A stretch of DNA of 64,000 bases from an uncultured Planctomycetales bacterium (GTDB lineage Bacteria > Omnitrophota > Gorgyraeia > Zapsychrales > CAYRXT01), in assembly GCA_964428315.1 (NCBI GenBank), contig CAYRXT010000009.1, positions 4,514-68,513 on the forward strand, written 5' to 3'. Positions 8,852 through 18,381 of the stretch are shown piece by piece. The notes under the pieces were generated by a model. The model had not been told where the DNA came from. It made no database searches and saw only the letters and a program-made list of their open reading frames with translations. Position 1 is the first letter of the stretch; each line of letters begins with the position of its first letter. A program made the position numbers and the translations under genes.

Positions 8852-9241
8852 ATGACAGAGCCTTCCGGACATAAGCGCAAGATCCTCGTCATCGACGATG
8901 ATCCTGTTATATTAAAGATGCTCTCGGAACGACTGAAAGCCAACGGGTACGACGTCCATCAGGCCTCTGAGGCCGCCGTCGGTCTGGACATGGTATTTCA
9001 CGCTGACCACGACCTGATTATCCTGGACGTCATGATGCCGATCATCAACGGCTACAATTTCTGCCGGCTGGTGAAGACGCAGGAAAAACTCCGCTCAATC
9101 CCTATCATTATGGTGACGGGCCGCTCCGAAGAAACGGACAAGGAGATCGGAGAGGAAGTCGGCGCCGACGCCTACATCACCAAGCCATTCCAGATGGAAG
9201 ACATCCTGACAACCATAAAAAACTTCTTGCAGAAATCATAA
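8852..9241 (+). CDS. Single-domain response regulator, CheY-like receiver
   Basis: Motifs ILVIDDD, IILDVMMP and the T..KPF element. No output domain. Confidence 0.85.
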   Translation: MTEPSGHKRKILVIDDDPVILKMLSERLKANGYDVHQASEAAVGLDMVFHADHDLIILDVMMPIINGYNFCRLVKTQEKLRSIPIIMVTGRSEETDKEIGEEVGADAYITKPFQMEDILTTIKNFLQKS

Positions 9242-9281
9242 GACCCGTTCGTCATCCGGTCATCCATTATTCTGCCTCAGA

Positions 9282-11435
9282 ATGAAATCCCCATCTCCAG
9301 CACGCAGTCTTATCCTCGGAATCGTTATCGCGTCTTGGATGGTGCCTTCGGCCGCGTCGGCCGACGCTGTCTATGAGACCCATACACAGGCCGAGTTGAT
9401 TGCCGAAGAACGCTCTGTCCAGCCGGGCCGGCCGTTTTGGGTCGCCCTGCGGCTGTCCATGGATGAAGATTGGCACACCTACTGGCGCAATCCCGGCGAT
9501 TCGGGATTGGCGACCAGCGTCCGCTGGGATCTTCCCCAAGGATTTCAATCCGGTCCTCTCCAATGGCCTTATCCGCAAGAGATCACCTTCGAGCCTTTAA
9601 CCAGCTACGGATACGAAGGAGAGGTCCTTCTCCTTACGAAGATTACACCTCCTTTGACGATACAAAAAGGAGAGACAGAACTGCGTGCACGGGTGTCATG
9701 GCTGGCCTGCAGGGTCGAGTGTGTCCCCGGCCAGGCGGATCTCGTTCTGAACATTCCTGTCAAGGAAAAGGCCCCGCAGCGCGATCCCCGCTGGATCGAG
9801 GGCTTTGACCTCACGCGCCGTAAACTGCCCCTTTCCGAAAGCGGCTGGAAGATTCGGGTGGAAGAAACAGAAGGAGACCTGGTCTTTCTCCTTGCTCCGC
9901 CGTCATGGGGCCAATATAAGGTCGATGGCATCCGTTTCTTTCCCTATCGCGACGATCTTATCCGTCACGACGGAAAGCAAACCCTTAACAGGGGAGAGAC
10001 AGGATACCGGCTTGTTGTGTCCAAGTCGCATATTGCGCCGAAGACCATCGAAAAGATCCAGGGGATTCTCGTTTCCACCGAAGGCTGGAAGGGCTACGGA
10101 TCCCGAAGGTCACTCCTGGTCGATGAACAGGTCGAAGACAACGTTGAGAATCCTCCGGCGGGCCCCGGCCCTGCGACAGTGAAGTATCTGATCCCGGTCG
10201 TCTTTGCCTTCTTGGGCGGCATTCTCCTCAATGTCATGCCCTGTGTGTTACCGATTCTTTCGATCAAGGTCCTCCATTTCGTGAAGCAGGCCGACGAGGA
10301 CAGGCGCCGCATCTGGAGGCATGGTCTGACATTTTCTTTAGGCATATTGACGGCGTTTTGGATCCTCGCCGGTATTCTTGTTGCCCTTCGCGCGGGTGGT
10401 CAGAGACTGGGATGGGGCTTCCAGCTTCAGTCCCCGGTCTTTGTGGCCTTCCTCGCCGTCTTGTTTTTTGTCCTGGGCATGAACCTCTTCGGCGTGTTCG
10501 AGATCGGGACAACCTTTGCCCGATTGGGCCGGCCGCGGGCATTCGCCAAAAGCCGGTACACGGAAAGTTTTCTCAGCGGCATGCTGACCACCGTCGTCGC
10601 AACTCCGTGTACCGCGCCGTTTATGGGGACGGCGCTGGGGGTCGCGTTGACACAGGGATCTGTTTTTTCCCGGGTCGTTTTCACGTCGCTGGGATTGGGA
10701 TTATCTCTGCCCTATTTGATCTTGTCCCGGTTCCCCGGACTGGTGGGGCACGTCCCGCGGCCGGGACCATGGATGGTAAGGTTGAAACAGTTCCTCGGTT
10801 TCTTTCTTATGGCCACGGTCGTCTGGCTGATGGGCCTTTTGGGGCTCCAGAAAGGCGTCCAGGCCATGACCCTGCTGTCCCTTGGTCTGGTGATTATCGG
10901 ACTGGGCGGCTGGGTTCTGGGCGCGTGGACCCAGCCGGCGGTGGAACCGAAGATAAAATATCTCGCCCGGGCCGGCGCGCTGATCCTGTTTATCGTTGGA
11001 TTTTTATCGGGATGGAAGGGCGCGACCCTTAAGACCGACGGGCCTGTGACGCGTCCCGATGACAAGACGGGTGTCATTGCCTGGCAGGCGTATTCCCCCG
11101 AGTTGATACAGCGTGAACGCAAGAACGGACGGATCATCTTTGCAGATTTCACGGCCGCGTGGTGTTTCACCTGTCAGGTCAATGAAAGAATCACTTTACA
11201 GGACCCGCAGGTTGTGCAAAAATTCCAGCAACTGGACGTTGTCCCTGTTAAAGGGGACTGGACCTCGCAGGATGAGAGCGTCAGCCTGGCCCTGGAGAGT
11301 TTCGGCCGGACCAGCGTTCCGCTTTATGTCGTCTATCCCAAAGATGAACAAGAGGAGCCGTTTCTCCTGCCGGAAATTATAACACCGCGCATTGTCCTCC
11401 AGGCGCTGGAAAAGGCGAATAACGCGAAAGAATAA
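9282..11435 (+). CDS. dsbD: Thiol:disulfide interchange protein DsbD family, three-domain and ScsB-like
   Basis: 717 aa. The N-terminal periplasmic domain has a Cys pair (ACRVEC). The central CcdA-like TM core has CVLPILS and TPCTAPF. The C-terminal thioredoxin domain carries WCFTCQ. Confidence 0.85.
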   Translation: MKSPSPARSLILGIVIASWMVPSAASADAVYETHTQAELIAEERSVQPGRPFWVALRLSMDEDWHTYWRNPGDSGLATSVRWDLPQGFQSGPLQWPYPQEITFEPLTSYGYEGEVLLLTKITPPLTIQKGETELRARVSWLACRVECVPGQADLVLNIPVKEKAPQRDPRWIEGFDLTRRKLPLSESGWKIRVEETEGDLVFLLAPPSWGQYKVDGIRFFPYRDDLIRHDGKQTLNRGETGYRLVVSKSHIAPKTIEKIQGILVSTEGWKGYGSRRSLLVDEQVEDNVENPPAGPGPATVKYLIPVVFAFLGGILLNVMPCVLPILSIKVLHFVKQADEDRRRIWRHGLTFSLGILTAFWILAGILVALRAGGQRLGWGFQLQSPVFVAFLAVLFFVLGMNLFGVFEIGTTFARLGRPRAFAKSRYTESFLSGMLTTVVATPCTAPFMGTALGVALTQGSVFSRVVFTSLGLGLSLPYLILSRFPGLVGHVPRPGPWMVRLKQFLGFFLMATVVWLMGLLGLQKGVQAMTLLSLGLVIIGLGGWVLGAWTQPAVEPKIKYLARAGALILFIVGFLSGWKGATLKTDGPVTRPDDKTGVIAWQAYSPELIQRERKNGRIIFADFTAAWCFTCQVNERITLQDPQVVQKFQQLDVVPVKGDWTSQDESVSLALESFGRTSVPLYVVYPKDEQEEPFLLPEIITPRIVLQALEKANNAKE

Positions 11436-11453
11436 TTGGGAAAGGAGCAGAAA

Positions 11454-12065
11454 GTGAAACGATTACTCCATGAGTTTTTCGTGTGTTTGGCTTTGATAAG
11501 CTTGACGGGCGGTGCGGCCCGTGCGGAGGCCATAATAGGGGAGGGAGCGCCAGATTTCTCCCTTCTTGATACCCAAGGAAGGGAACACGCATTGTCCGAT
11601 TACCGGGGACAGTTCGTTGTCCTGGAATGGACCAGCCATCAATGTCCGTTTGTCCGCAAGCATTACGACAGCGGCAATATGCAGAAGATCCAGGAGGACT
11701 ATACCGGCAAGGGAGTATCCTGGTTTACGATCATTTCTTCGGCGCCGGGCAAGCAGGGTTCTTTGTCCGCGGAGGAAGCGCGACAGGTTGCGGATGAAAA
11801 CGAGTCGAAGGCCATGGCCGTACTCTTGGATCCGGAGGGAACGGTCGGCCGTCTTTATGAAGCCAAGGCGACGCCGCATATGTATGTCATAGATCCCGAC
11901 GGCGTTCTGCTTTATCAGGGCGCCATCGACAGCATCCCCAGCGCCGACCCGGCCGATATCCGCGAGGCGGAAAATTATGTGAAGGCCGCGCTCGACGCGG
12001 CCATGGCCGGCAAAGAGGTTGACGTGACGGCCACCAAGGCCTACGGATGTTCGGTCAAGTACTGA
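11454..12065 (+). CDS. Thioredoxin-fold protein, redoxin/AhpC-TSA-like
   Basis: Signal peptide, then WTSHQCPF in the thioredoxin-like active-site position. The fold and length are consistent. The GTG start at 11454 sits behind SD aaaggag; the ORF track begins at a TTG at 11436. Confidence 0.5.
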   Translation: MKRLLHEFFVCLALISLTGGAARAEAIIGEGAPDFSLLDTQGREHALSDYRGQFVVLEWTSHQCPFVRKHYDSGNMQKIQEDYTGKGVSWFTIISSAPGKQGSLSAEEARQVADENESKAMAVLLDPEGTVGRLYEAKATPHMYVIDPDGVLLYQGAIDSIPSADPADIREAENYVKAALDAAMAGKEVDVTATKAYGCSVKY

Positions 12066-12087
12066 AGTTTGGTTTGAGGGGATCACA

Positions 12088-12291
12088 ATGACTGCGTCAA
12101 GAATCAGAGTCATCCTGCGGTGGACGCATATTGCAATCGGTCTTTTCCTTTTGTGTTATATCTATTCGCCTTTTGGACGCCATGTTGCCTTTAGGACGCT
12201 TATCCGCTGGATAGCCGTCCCGGTCGTCGTCCTGACAGGCCTGTGGTTATGGAAGTTTCCTCAGTTCAACAGATTCTTCCGGATTAAATAA
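12088..12291 (+). CDS. Small hypothetical membrane protein
   Basis: 67 aa with two predicted TM helices. Sits in an operon-like position. Confidence 0.3.
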   Translation: MTASRIRVILRWTHIAIGLFLLCYIYSPFGRHVAFRTLIRWIAVPVVVLTGLWLWKFPQFNRFFRIK

Positions 12292-12305
12292 AAGGGGAAA
12301 CGGGC

Positions 12306-13229
12306 ATGGAACCTTACGGCATTGCGCATTATTTGGGGCTTTATGCAAAAGGGATCTGCATGGGTATAGCCAATATTATCCCCGGGGTATCCGGGGGCAC
12401 CATGGCTTTTATCCTGGGGATCTACGAAAAGCTGATGGTATCGGCGAAATCCTTCGATGCCAAGTTTTTTGGCATGGTTTGCCGGGGCCGGCTGATATCG
12501 GCCTTTGCCTATGTGCAGGGCCGGTTTTTATCGGCTGTGCTCCTGGGGATATTGACGGCGACCCTGGGCCTGTCCAGGGTCATAAGCTGGCTTCTGGAAA
12601 ACCAGATGAGTTACACCTACGCCTTTTTCTTCGGCCTAATTCTGGCGGCGGGGATTATTATCTGGCGGGACCTCATGCGGAAGGACCGCCTGACTTATCT
12701 TCTCGCCCTGGCCAGCGTGCTGGTTTCTTTCCGGTTCGTGGGGCTCGTGCCGGTTTCGACACCCGAGACGAATGTGCTTATATTTTTTAGCGGGATGGTC
12801 GCGATGGCGGCCATGATCCTTCCGGGGATTTCCGGGGCGTTCATCCTCCTTTTACTGGGGAAGTACCAGTTGATCCTCGAGGCCATCAACAACAGGGATC
12901 TGGCCGTGTTGGGCGTGTTTGCCGTCGGGGCAGGCGCGGGGGTGCTGGCTTTTGCCCGCCTTATCCATTGGCTGCTGAAACACTGCTATACGCAGACGAT
13001 GGCGGTCCTCACCGGATTGATGCTGGGGTCCCTGCGCAAACTCTGGCCCTGGAAGAAGACCCTGTTGACCATGATAGAACCCTCCGGCGAAGTTGTCCCG
13101 GTGCTGGAGAGAAATATCCTGCCGTCTGCGTGGGAGTACCCCGTCATCATGGCCGTGATCTCGATGACGGCGGGGCTTGCCGTCGGACTCTTGCTGGAGA
13201 ACTGGGCGAAGCTGAAAGAAAAAGAATAG
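12306..13229 (+). CDS. DUF368 family membrane protein
   Basis: Two copies of the PG(V/I)S(G/R)(S/G)G motif, IIPGVSGGTMAF and ILPGISGAFILL, in a polytopic membrane protein. Confidence 0.6.
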   Translation: MEPYGIAHYLGLYAKGICMGIANIIPGVSGGTMAFILGIYEKLMVSAKSFDAKFFGMVCRGRLISAFAYVQGRFLSAVLLGILTATLGLSRVISWLLENQMSYTYAFFFGLILAAGIIIWRDLMRKDRLTYLLALASVLVSFRFVGLVPVSTPETNVLIFFSGMVAMAAMILPGISGAFILLLLGKYQLILEAINNRDLAVLGVFAVGAGAGVLAFARLIHWLLKHCYTQTMAVLTGLMLGSLRKLWPWKKTLLTMIEPSGEVVPVLERNILPSAWEYPVIMAVISMTAGLAVGLLLENWAKLKEKE

Positions 13230-13303
13230 AGAATATCGTTGTGCTTGCGGTGTTCTCTGACTAAAATTTAGAAAGAGATAAACCGGAAAACAAGGGGACG
13301 GCC

Positions 13304-13672
13304 ATGCCGAAAGTTTTCGTTAGTGTATGCACGGGTTTTCTCGTTTTGTTTGTGGGCGCGGCGGGAGTCAGGGCCCAGTCACGGGAAGGGGAATTCATCG
13401 CCAATGAATGGGACAGGGAGGTCCTCAACAAGGCCCATACACCGATAAAAAAATGGGACGACGGGCAAGATCCTTTCGCGCTCAGGCTGAACGAGGCGTA
13501 TGTCGAAGACATTGAAGAGATGGCCCATCTTCCTCTTAGGTATCATGAGGAAGACGGAAAGATAGATTTTGACGATGTCCTGGAAAGTCAGAAAGAGATC
13601 AAGGGACATGACAGCCGGCAGCAGCCTGTCTATTATTCCGAAGACGGCTACCTGATGCGGAATACCGACTGA
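13304..13672 (+). CDS. Hypothetical secreted protein
   Basis: Signal peptide. No recognisable domain. Confidence 0.35.
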   Translation: MPKVFVSVCTGFLVLFVGAAGVRAQSREGEFIANEWDREVLNKAHTPIKKWDDGQDPFALRLNEAYVEDIEEMAHLPLRYHEEDGKIDFDDVLESQKEIKGHDSRQQPVYYSEDGYLMRNTD

Positions 13673-13748
13673 AGTTTTTCTTTATTAAGCCTCACATGAC
13701 CTCCGGCCCGACCGCGCAGGCGGAGGATCTTTCTCCCATAGACAACCT

Positions 13749-15791
13749 ATGAACCGTTATGTTTGCCTCCACGGACACTTTTACCAGCCCCCACGGGAAA
13801 ATCCCTGGCTAGGAGAAATCGAACAGCAGCCCTCGGCCTTTCCTTTCCATGACTGGAATGAGCGGATTGCTTCGGAATGCTACGCCCCCAATACGCATTC
13901 CCCCGTCATGAATATCCACTCCAAGATCATCGATGTTGTCAACAATTATCATTACATGAGTTTCAATTTTGGCCCTACGCTGTTATCCTGGATGGAACGG
14001 CATCAGCCCTATGTTTACCGCCTTATCATCGATGCCGACCAGTATTCGCGGCAGAGATACGGCGGTCACGGATCCGCACTGGCCCAGGCCTACGGGCATC
14101 TGATTATGCCTTTGGCAAGCGGGCGCGATAAACGCACACAGGTGATCTGGGGTATCCGGGACTTCGAGCACCGGTTCGGCCGGCGGCCGGAAGGCATGTG
14201 GTTGCCCGAAACGGCGGTGGATACCGCTTCGCTGGAAATTCTTGCCGGAGAGGGCATCGCGTTTACGGTCCTTTCACCTTTCCAGGCAGGACGGGTGCGC
14301 CAAATCGGGGAGGAGAAGTGGACAGATGTCCGCGGCGGCCGTATCGATCCCCGCAAAAGCTATATTTGCCGTCTGCCTTCCGGAAAAACCTTGGCCTTGT
14401 TCTTTTATCACGGGTCTTTATCTCATGAAGTTGCCTTCGGGGGGCTGCTTAATAACGGGGAGGGGCTTGCTGCAAAGATCCGGTCCAGTTTTTCGAGTCA
14501 AACAGCCCAGAAAGAGCTTGTCCATCTGGCGGCCGACGGGGAAACATTCGGCCATCACCACAGGCTGGGGGACATGGCCCTGGCCTACTGCTTTTATGTC
14601 CTGGAGCAGGACCCTTCCGTCAAGATCATTAACTACGGGGAATTCCTTTCTCTGGCCCCTCCGGCAAGCGAGGTGGAAATCATCGAGAACAGTTCTTGGA
14701 GCTGTGCCCACGGTGTGGAACGGTGGCGCGATGATTGCGGATGCGGGAAAGAGTCGCATCCCGACTGGGACCAGAAATGGCGCAAGGGCCTTCGAAACGC
14801 CCTGGATGAATTGCGCGACCGCCTCGATGAACTGTATTGCGCCCATATGCGGCCCATCACGGCTGATCCCTGGTGTGTGCGGGACGATTATATTGATCTT
14901 ATCTTTGACCGGTCGGAAGAATTCCGGGAGAGCTTTATCAGCCGAAATGCCGGTAATGAGATCTCCCCGACGAAAAGAATGAAGATACTAAAACTTCTGG
15001 AGATGCAGCGTTACCGCATGATGATGTTTACCAGCTGCGGATGGTTTTTTGATGACGTCTCCCGGATAGAGTCAATTCAGGTTTTGCAATATGCCGCCCG
15101 TGCGATACAATTGGCTAAAGAGGTCTTTGGGAGATCTTTCGAAACGCCCTTTCTGCGAAGTTTGAAACAGGCCGCGAGCAACGAACCGCAATGGAAAAAT
15201 GCCGCCCACATCTACCGAAAGGCCGTGAAACCCAAGATGGTCTATTCCTTCGAAAGCGAGATTATCTTTACGGGCTCCCTGGCGGGCAAGACGGCCGTAC
15301 TGTCCCGGTATCTTTGTGTCGCCGTGCGTTGTCAGATCCGCAGGGCCGCCGGGACGGCGCGTCTTTGGATGCGGCGGCTACTCGCGCTTTACCGAAGATA
15401 TGCGTTAAACAAATATATCCATCAGTGTCTGCAGGCCGAGGCTCCGGACCTGGACAAACTGGCCGGGTACTTCGCGCAGGCCAGCCGGCATGCGGTCCGT
15501 CTTGAGCTTTCGGTCATAGCCTTTCTGTCCTCCCAGCGGATCCGGGAGTTCATGTTTCGTTTGAGGGAGGAATCCGACAACCTGGAGCTTATGGAGTATA
15601 TCGGCTCATTCATCGCGATCGTCAAACGGAACAAAGTCCAGCCGGATCTCTGGCATGCCCAGGGCATATATTTTGTCATCGGGAAGGATAAACGGAAAAC
15701 CATGCAGGCCAAATCGCAGCATGGAGATTTTCGCGCCAAGTCGTGGCTTGAACAGTTTTCCCGTTTAAATGAACACCTCCAGGTGGATTAG
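13749..15791 (+). CDS. Glycoside hydrolase family 57 protein (alpha-glucan-active) with a C-terminal DUF3536-like region
   Basis: N-terminal HGHFYQPPRENPW is the GH57 signature. 680 aa. Confidence 0.8.
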   Translation: MNRYVCLHGHFYQPPRENPWLGEIEQQPSAFPFHDWNERIASECYAPNTHSPVMNIHSKIIDVVNNYHYMSFNFGPTLLSWMERHQPYVYRLIIDADQYSRQRYGGHGSALAQAYGHLIMPLASGRDKRTQVIWGIRDFEHRFGRRPEGMWLPETAVDTASLEILAGEGIAFTVLSPFQAGRVRQIGEEKWTDVRGGRIDPRKSYICRLPSGKTLALFFYHGSLSHEVAFGGLLNNGEGLAAKIRSSFSSQTAQKELVHLAADGETFGHHHRLGDMALAYCFYVLEQDPSVKIINYGEFLSLAPPASEVEIIENSSWSCAHGVERWRDDCGCGKESHPDWDQKWRKGLRNALDELRDRLDELYCAHMRPITADPWCVRDDYIDLIFDRSEEFRESFISRNAGNEISPTKRMKILKLLEMQRYRMMMFTSCGWFFDDVSRIESIQVLQYAARAIQLAKEVFGRSFETPFLRSLKQAASNEPQWKNAAHIYRKAVKPKMVYSFESEIIFTGSLAGKTAVLSRYLCVAVRCQIRRAAGTARLWMRRLLALYRRYALNKYIHQCLQAEAPDLDKLAGYFAQASRHAVRLELSVIAFLSSQRIREFMFRLREESDNLELMEYIGSFIAIVKRNKVQPDLWHAQGIYFVIGKDKRKTMQAKSQHGDFRAKSWLEQFSRLNEHLQVD

Positions 15792-15811
15792 GGTTATACC
15801 TTGAGGGAGAG

Positions 15812-17311
15812 ATGATTCAAGAGAGAAAAAGCGGAATATTACTGCACATTACGTCGTTGCCCGCGGCATACGGCATCGGTGATCTGGGGGAAAAGGCCTG
15901 CTGGTTTGCGGACCGCCTGACCGAAGCGCGGCAGACGCTTTGGCAGGTCCTGCCTATCAATCCCACAGATGGCGCCTCGTACCATTCGCCGTACAGCGCT
16001 CATTCCGTTTTCGCGGGAAACACCCTGCTGGTCAGCCCTCAATCCATGGCGGAAAAGCGATGGATTGACGCAGGTGACCTGCAGGACAAGCCCGTTTTTT
16101 CGGAGGAGAGCGTCGAATTCGATAAGGTTTTGGACTTTAAAGAGGGGCTCTTCCAGAAGGCTTTCGGGAATTTCCAGACAGACAGAGGCAGTCAAAAGGA
16201 TTTTGAAACCTTCTGCCGGAATAACGCGGGTTGGCTGGAGGATTACGTGCTTTATGTTGCGCTCAAAGAGCATTTCGGAGGAAAGGCCTGGTATCAGTGG
16301 CCGCCGGAATACCGGGACCGGCATGAATCCGCGCTGGATGAGATGGCCGCTCGGTATCCCGAACGGCTTCAAAAGGCAAGGTTCCTCCAGTTTGTCTTTT
16401 TTTCACAATGGAACGAACTGAAAAGCTACTGTCTTCAAAAGGGCATCCAGTTGATAGGCGACATGCCGATTTATGTGAGCTATGACAGCGTGGATGTGTG
16501 GACGAATCCGGGATGCTTTAAGCTGAAGGCAAATAAAGATAGGGAATTCTGCGCCGGCGTCCCGCCCGATTATTTCAGTGAAACCGGCCAGCTATGGGGG
16601 AATCCGGTCTATGACTGGGACAAGCTCCGCGAAGATAATTTTTCCTGGTGGATGGCCCGGATTGAACAAAACCTAGCGCTTTTTGACTTCACACGCATCG
16701 ATCATTTCCGCGGGCTTGTCGCGTATTGGGAGATCCCGGCGGAAGAAGAGACGGCGGTGAACGGCCGGTGGGTGAAGGTCCCCGTTGACGATTTTCTTGG
16801 TACCCTGCAGAAACGTTTCCCCGGACTGCCCATCCTTGCGGAAGACCTTGGGATTATTACCGACGACGTGAAGGAGGTCATGAAAAGATACAGGATCCCC
16901 GGCATGAAAGTGCTCCTCTTCGCCTTCAGCGAAGACTTGAAAAAGCACCCTTATCTCCCGCATAATTATGTCAAGAACTGCGTAGCTTATACAGGGACCC
17001 ATGATAATAACACGGCGCGCGGATGGTTCGAAAAAGAGGCCGGTGATAAAGAGAAAAAGAACCTTGAAAAGTATCTGAACAAGCAGGTGACCGCGGAGAC
17101 GGTGAGCCGGGATTTGATCCAACTGGTGATGACATCCAGGGCGAATATCGTTCTTTTTCCTTTGCAGGATATCCTGGGATTGGGGGAGGAGGCGAGGATG
17201 AACCTCCCGGGCACGGGTGAAGGGAACTGGATCTGGCGGTTAAAGCAGGAGAACCTTCAAGCCACGGTCATCGAACGTTTGGCGGATCTGACGCGGGAAA
17301 CGGGCAGATAG
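15812..17311 (+). CDS. malQ: 4-alpha-glucanotransferase (amylomaltase, GH77)
   Basis: N-terminal SGILLHITSLPAAYGIGDLG, and the 499 aa length, are typical of MalQ. Confidence 0.85.
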   Translation: MIQERKSGILLHITSLPAAYGIGDLGEKACWFADRLTEARQTLWQVLPINPTDGASYHSPYSAHSVFAGNTLLVSPQSMAEKRWIDAGDLQDKPVFSEESVEFDKVLDFKEGLFQKAFGNFQTDRGSQKDFETFCRNNAGWLEDYVLYVALKEHFGGKAWYQWPPEYRDRHESALDEMAARYPERLQKARFLQFVFFSQWNELKSYCLQKGIQLIGDMPIYVSYDSVDVWTNPGCFKLKANKDREFCAGVPPDYFSETGQLWGNPVYDWDKLREDNFSWWMARIEQNLALFDFTRIDHFRGLVAYWEIPAEEETAVNGRWVKVPVDDFLGTLQKRFPGLPILAEDLGIITDDVKEVMKRYRIPGMKVLLFAFSEDLKKHPYLPHNYVKNCVAYTGTHDNNTARGWFEKEAGDKEKKNLEKYLNKQVTAETVSRDLIQLVMTSRANIVLFPLQDILGLGEEARMNLPGTGEGNWIWRLKQENLQATVIERLADLTRETGR

Positions 17312-17314
17312 ACT

Positions 17315-17920
17315 ATGAAGAACAATAAATATATCGTCACCGTGTTTCTCCTGGCCGTTTCGGTTGGCTGTGTTTACGGGGCGCGGTTGATGTCCGGTTA
17401 CGGAAGAGAACCCGAAGGGCAGTCTGCCCGGAGCAAGGGGCATTCCGGAGCGCCGGTGCGGGTGATTGAATATACCGATTTCCAGTGTCCGGCCTGCCGG
17501 CGGGGAGCCGAGACACTGGAAGAATTCGCTTCAGCGCATCCCGAAAAATTCTATGTCGAACACCGTCATTACCCCTTAAAGATGCATCGCCACGCGCTGG
17601 CCGCGTCCATCTTTGCCGAGTGCGCGGCCCGGCAGGACAAATTCTGGGCCTTTCATCATTTGGTTTTTGAAAGACAGCCGCTCTGGGCGGACCGGAGCAA
17701 TCCCCGTCCGATTTTTATGGAGATCGCCGATGAGACGGGATTGGACAAGGAACGATTAGCGCAGTGCGTTTTGCGCGAGGATATCGAAGAAACCGTTAAG
17801 GAGGATAAGGAGAAAGGCCGCGCGCTCGGAGTGCGGTCGACGCCGACGTTTTTCATAAATGAGGAGATGGTCGTGGGATCAATGTCTTTGAAAAAGAAAT
17901 TGAAGGAGATCTTTCCATGA
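17315..17920 (+). CDS. DsbA-family thiol:disulfide oxidoreductase
   Basis: Signal peptide, CPAC active site (FQCPACRR) and a cis-Pro region STPTFFIN. It starts 4 nt after the malQ stop. Confidence 0.75.
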   Translation: MKNNKYIVTVFLLAVSVGCVYGARLMSGYGREPEGQSARSKGHSGAPVRVIEYTDFQCPACRRGAETLEEFASAHPEKFYVEHRHYPLKMHRHALAASIFAECAARQDKFWAFHHLVFERQPLWADRSNPRPIFMEIADETGLDKERLAQCVLREDIEETVKEDKEKGRALGVRSTPTFFINEEMVVGSMSLKKKLKEIFP

Positions 17921-18381
17921 AAGATCATGAACGCCTGTTCCCTGTCTTGAGCCTGGCCCGGATTTTTGTGGGCGCGGTTTTTGTGGCCTCCGGTTTCGAA
18001 AAGCTCCTTTTCCCGTATCAGAATTTTTATTATGTGGTTGAGAACTACGATCTGTTGAGCCCTTTCTGGACCATGTGCGTGGCCCGCGTTTTCCCCTGGA
18101 TCGAGTATTTGACCGGGGTTTTCCTTGTCTTTGGGCTCTGGATCCGCCTGGCGGCGCGTTCGGCGATTATCATTTATCTTGTTTTCCTTTTCGTGGTGGG
18201 GCAGGCGATTCTCCGCCGGTTGCCTCTTGATTCGTGCGGATGTTTCGGAGACATGGTCTCGGTTCCGCTTACGGTGATTTTTATTTTTGATATGGTTCTG
18301 CTGGCCTTGGCCTGGATGATTCACAGATCGCCCGCCGGGAGCCGGGTCTTCGGTCTGGACAGATTTTATCAATCCGGGTGA
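17917..18381 (+). CDS. DoxX/MauE-family membrane protein with a CGC motif. Likely the membrane redox partner of DsbA.
   Basis: Four TM helices, the DoxX-like RIFVGAVFVASGFEKL, and the conserved CGCFG. It overlaps the dsbA stop in an ATGA arrangement. Confidence 0.6.
   Translation: MKDHERLFPVLSLARIFVGAVFVASGFEKLLFPYQNFYYVVENYDLLSPFWTMCVARVFPWIEYLTGVFLVFGLWIRLAARSAIIIYLVFLFVVGQAILRRLPLDSCGCFGDMVSVPLTVIFIFDMVLLALAWMIHRSPAGSRVFGLDRFYQSG

Noticed and set aside
9282-11435. Multiple short internal ORFs within dsbD on both strands, for example 9400..9600 and 10358..11032
   Set aside because: They are embedded in a long, well-supported DsbD reading frame and are alternative-frame artefacts of GC-rich sequence.
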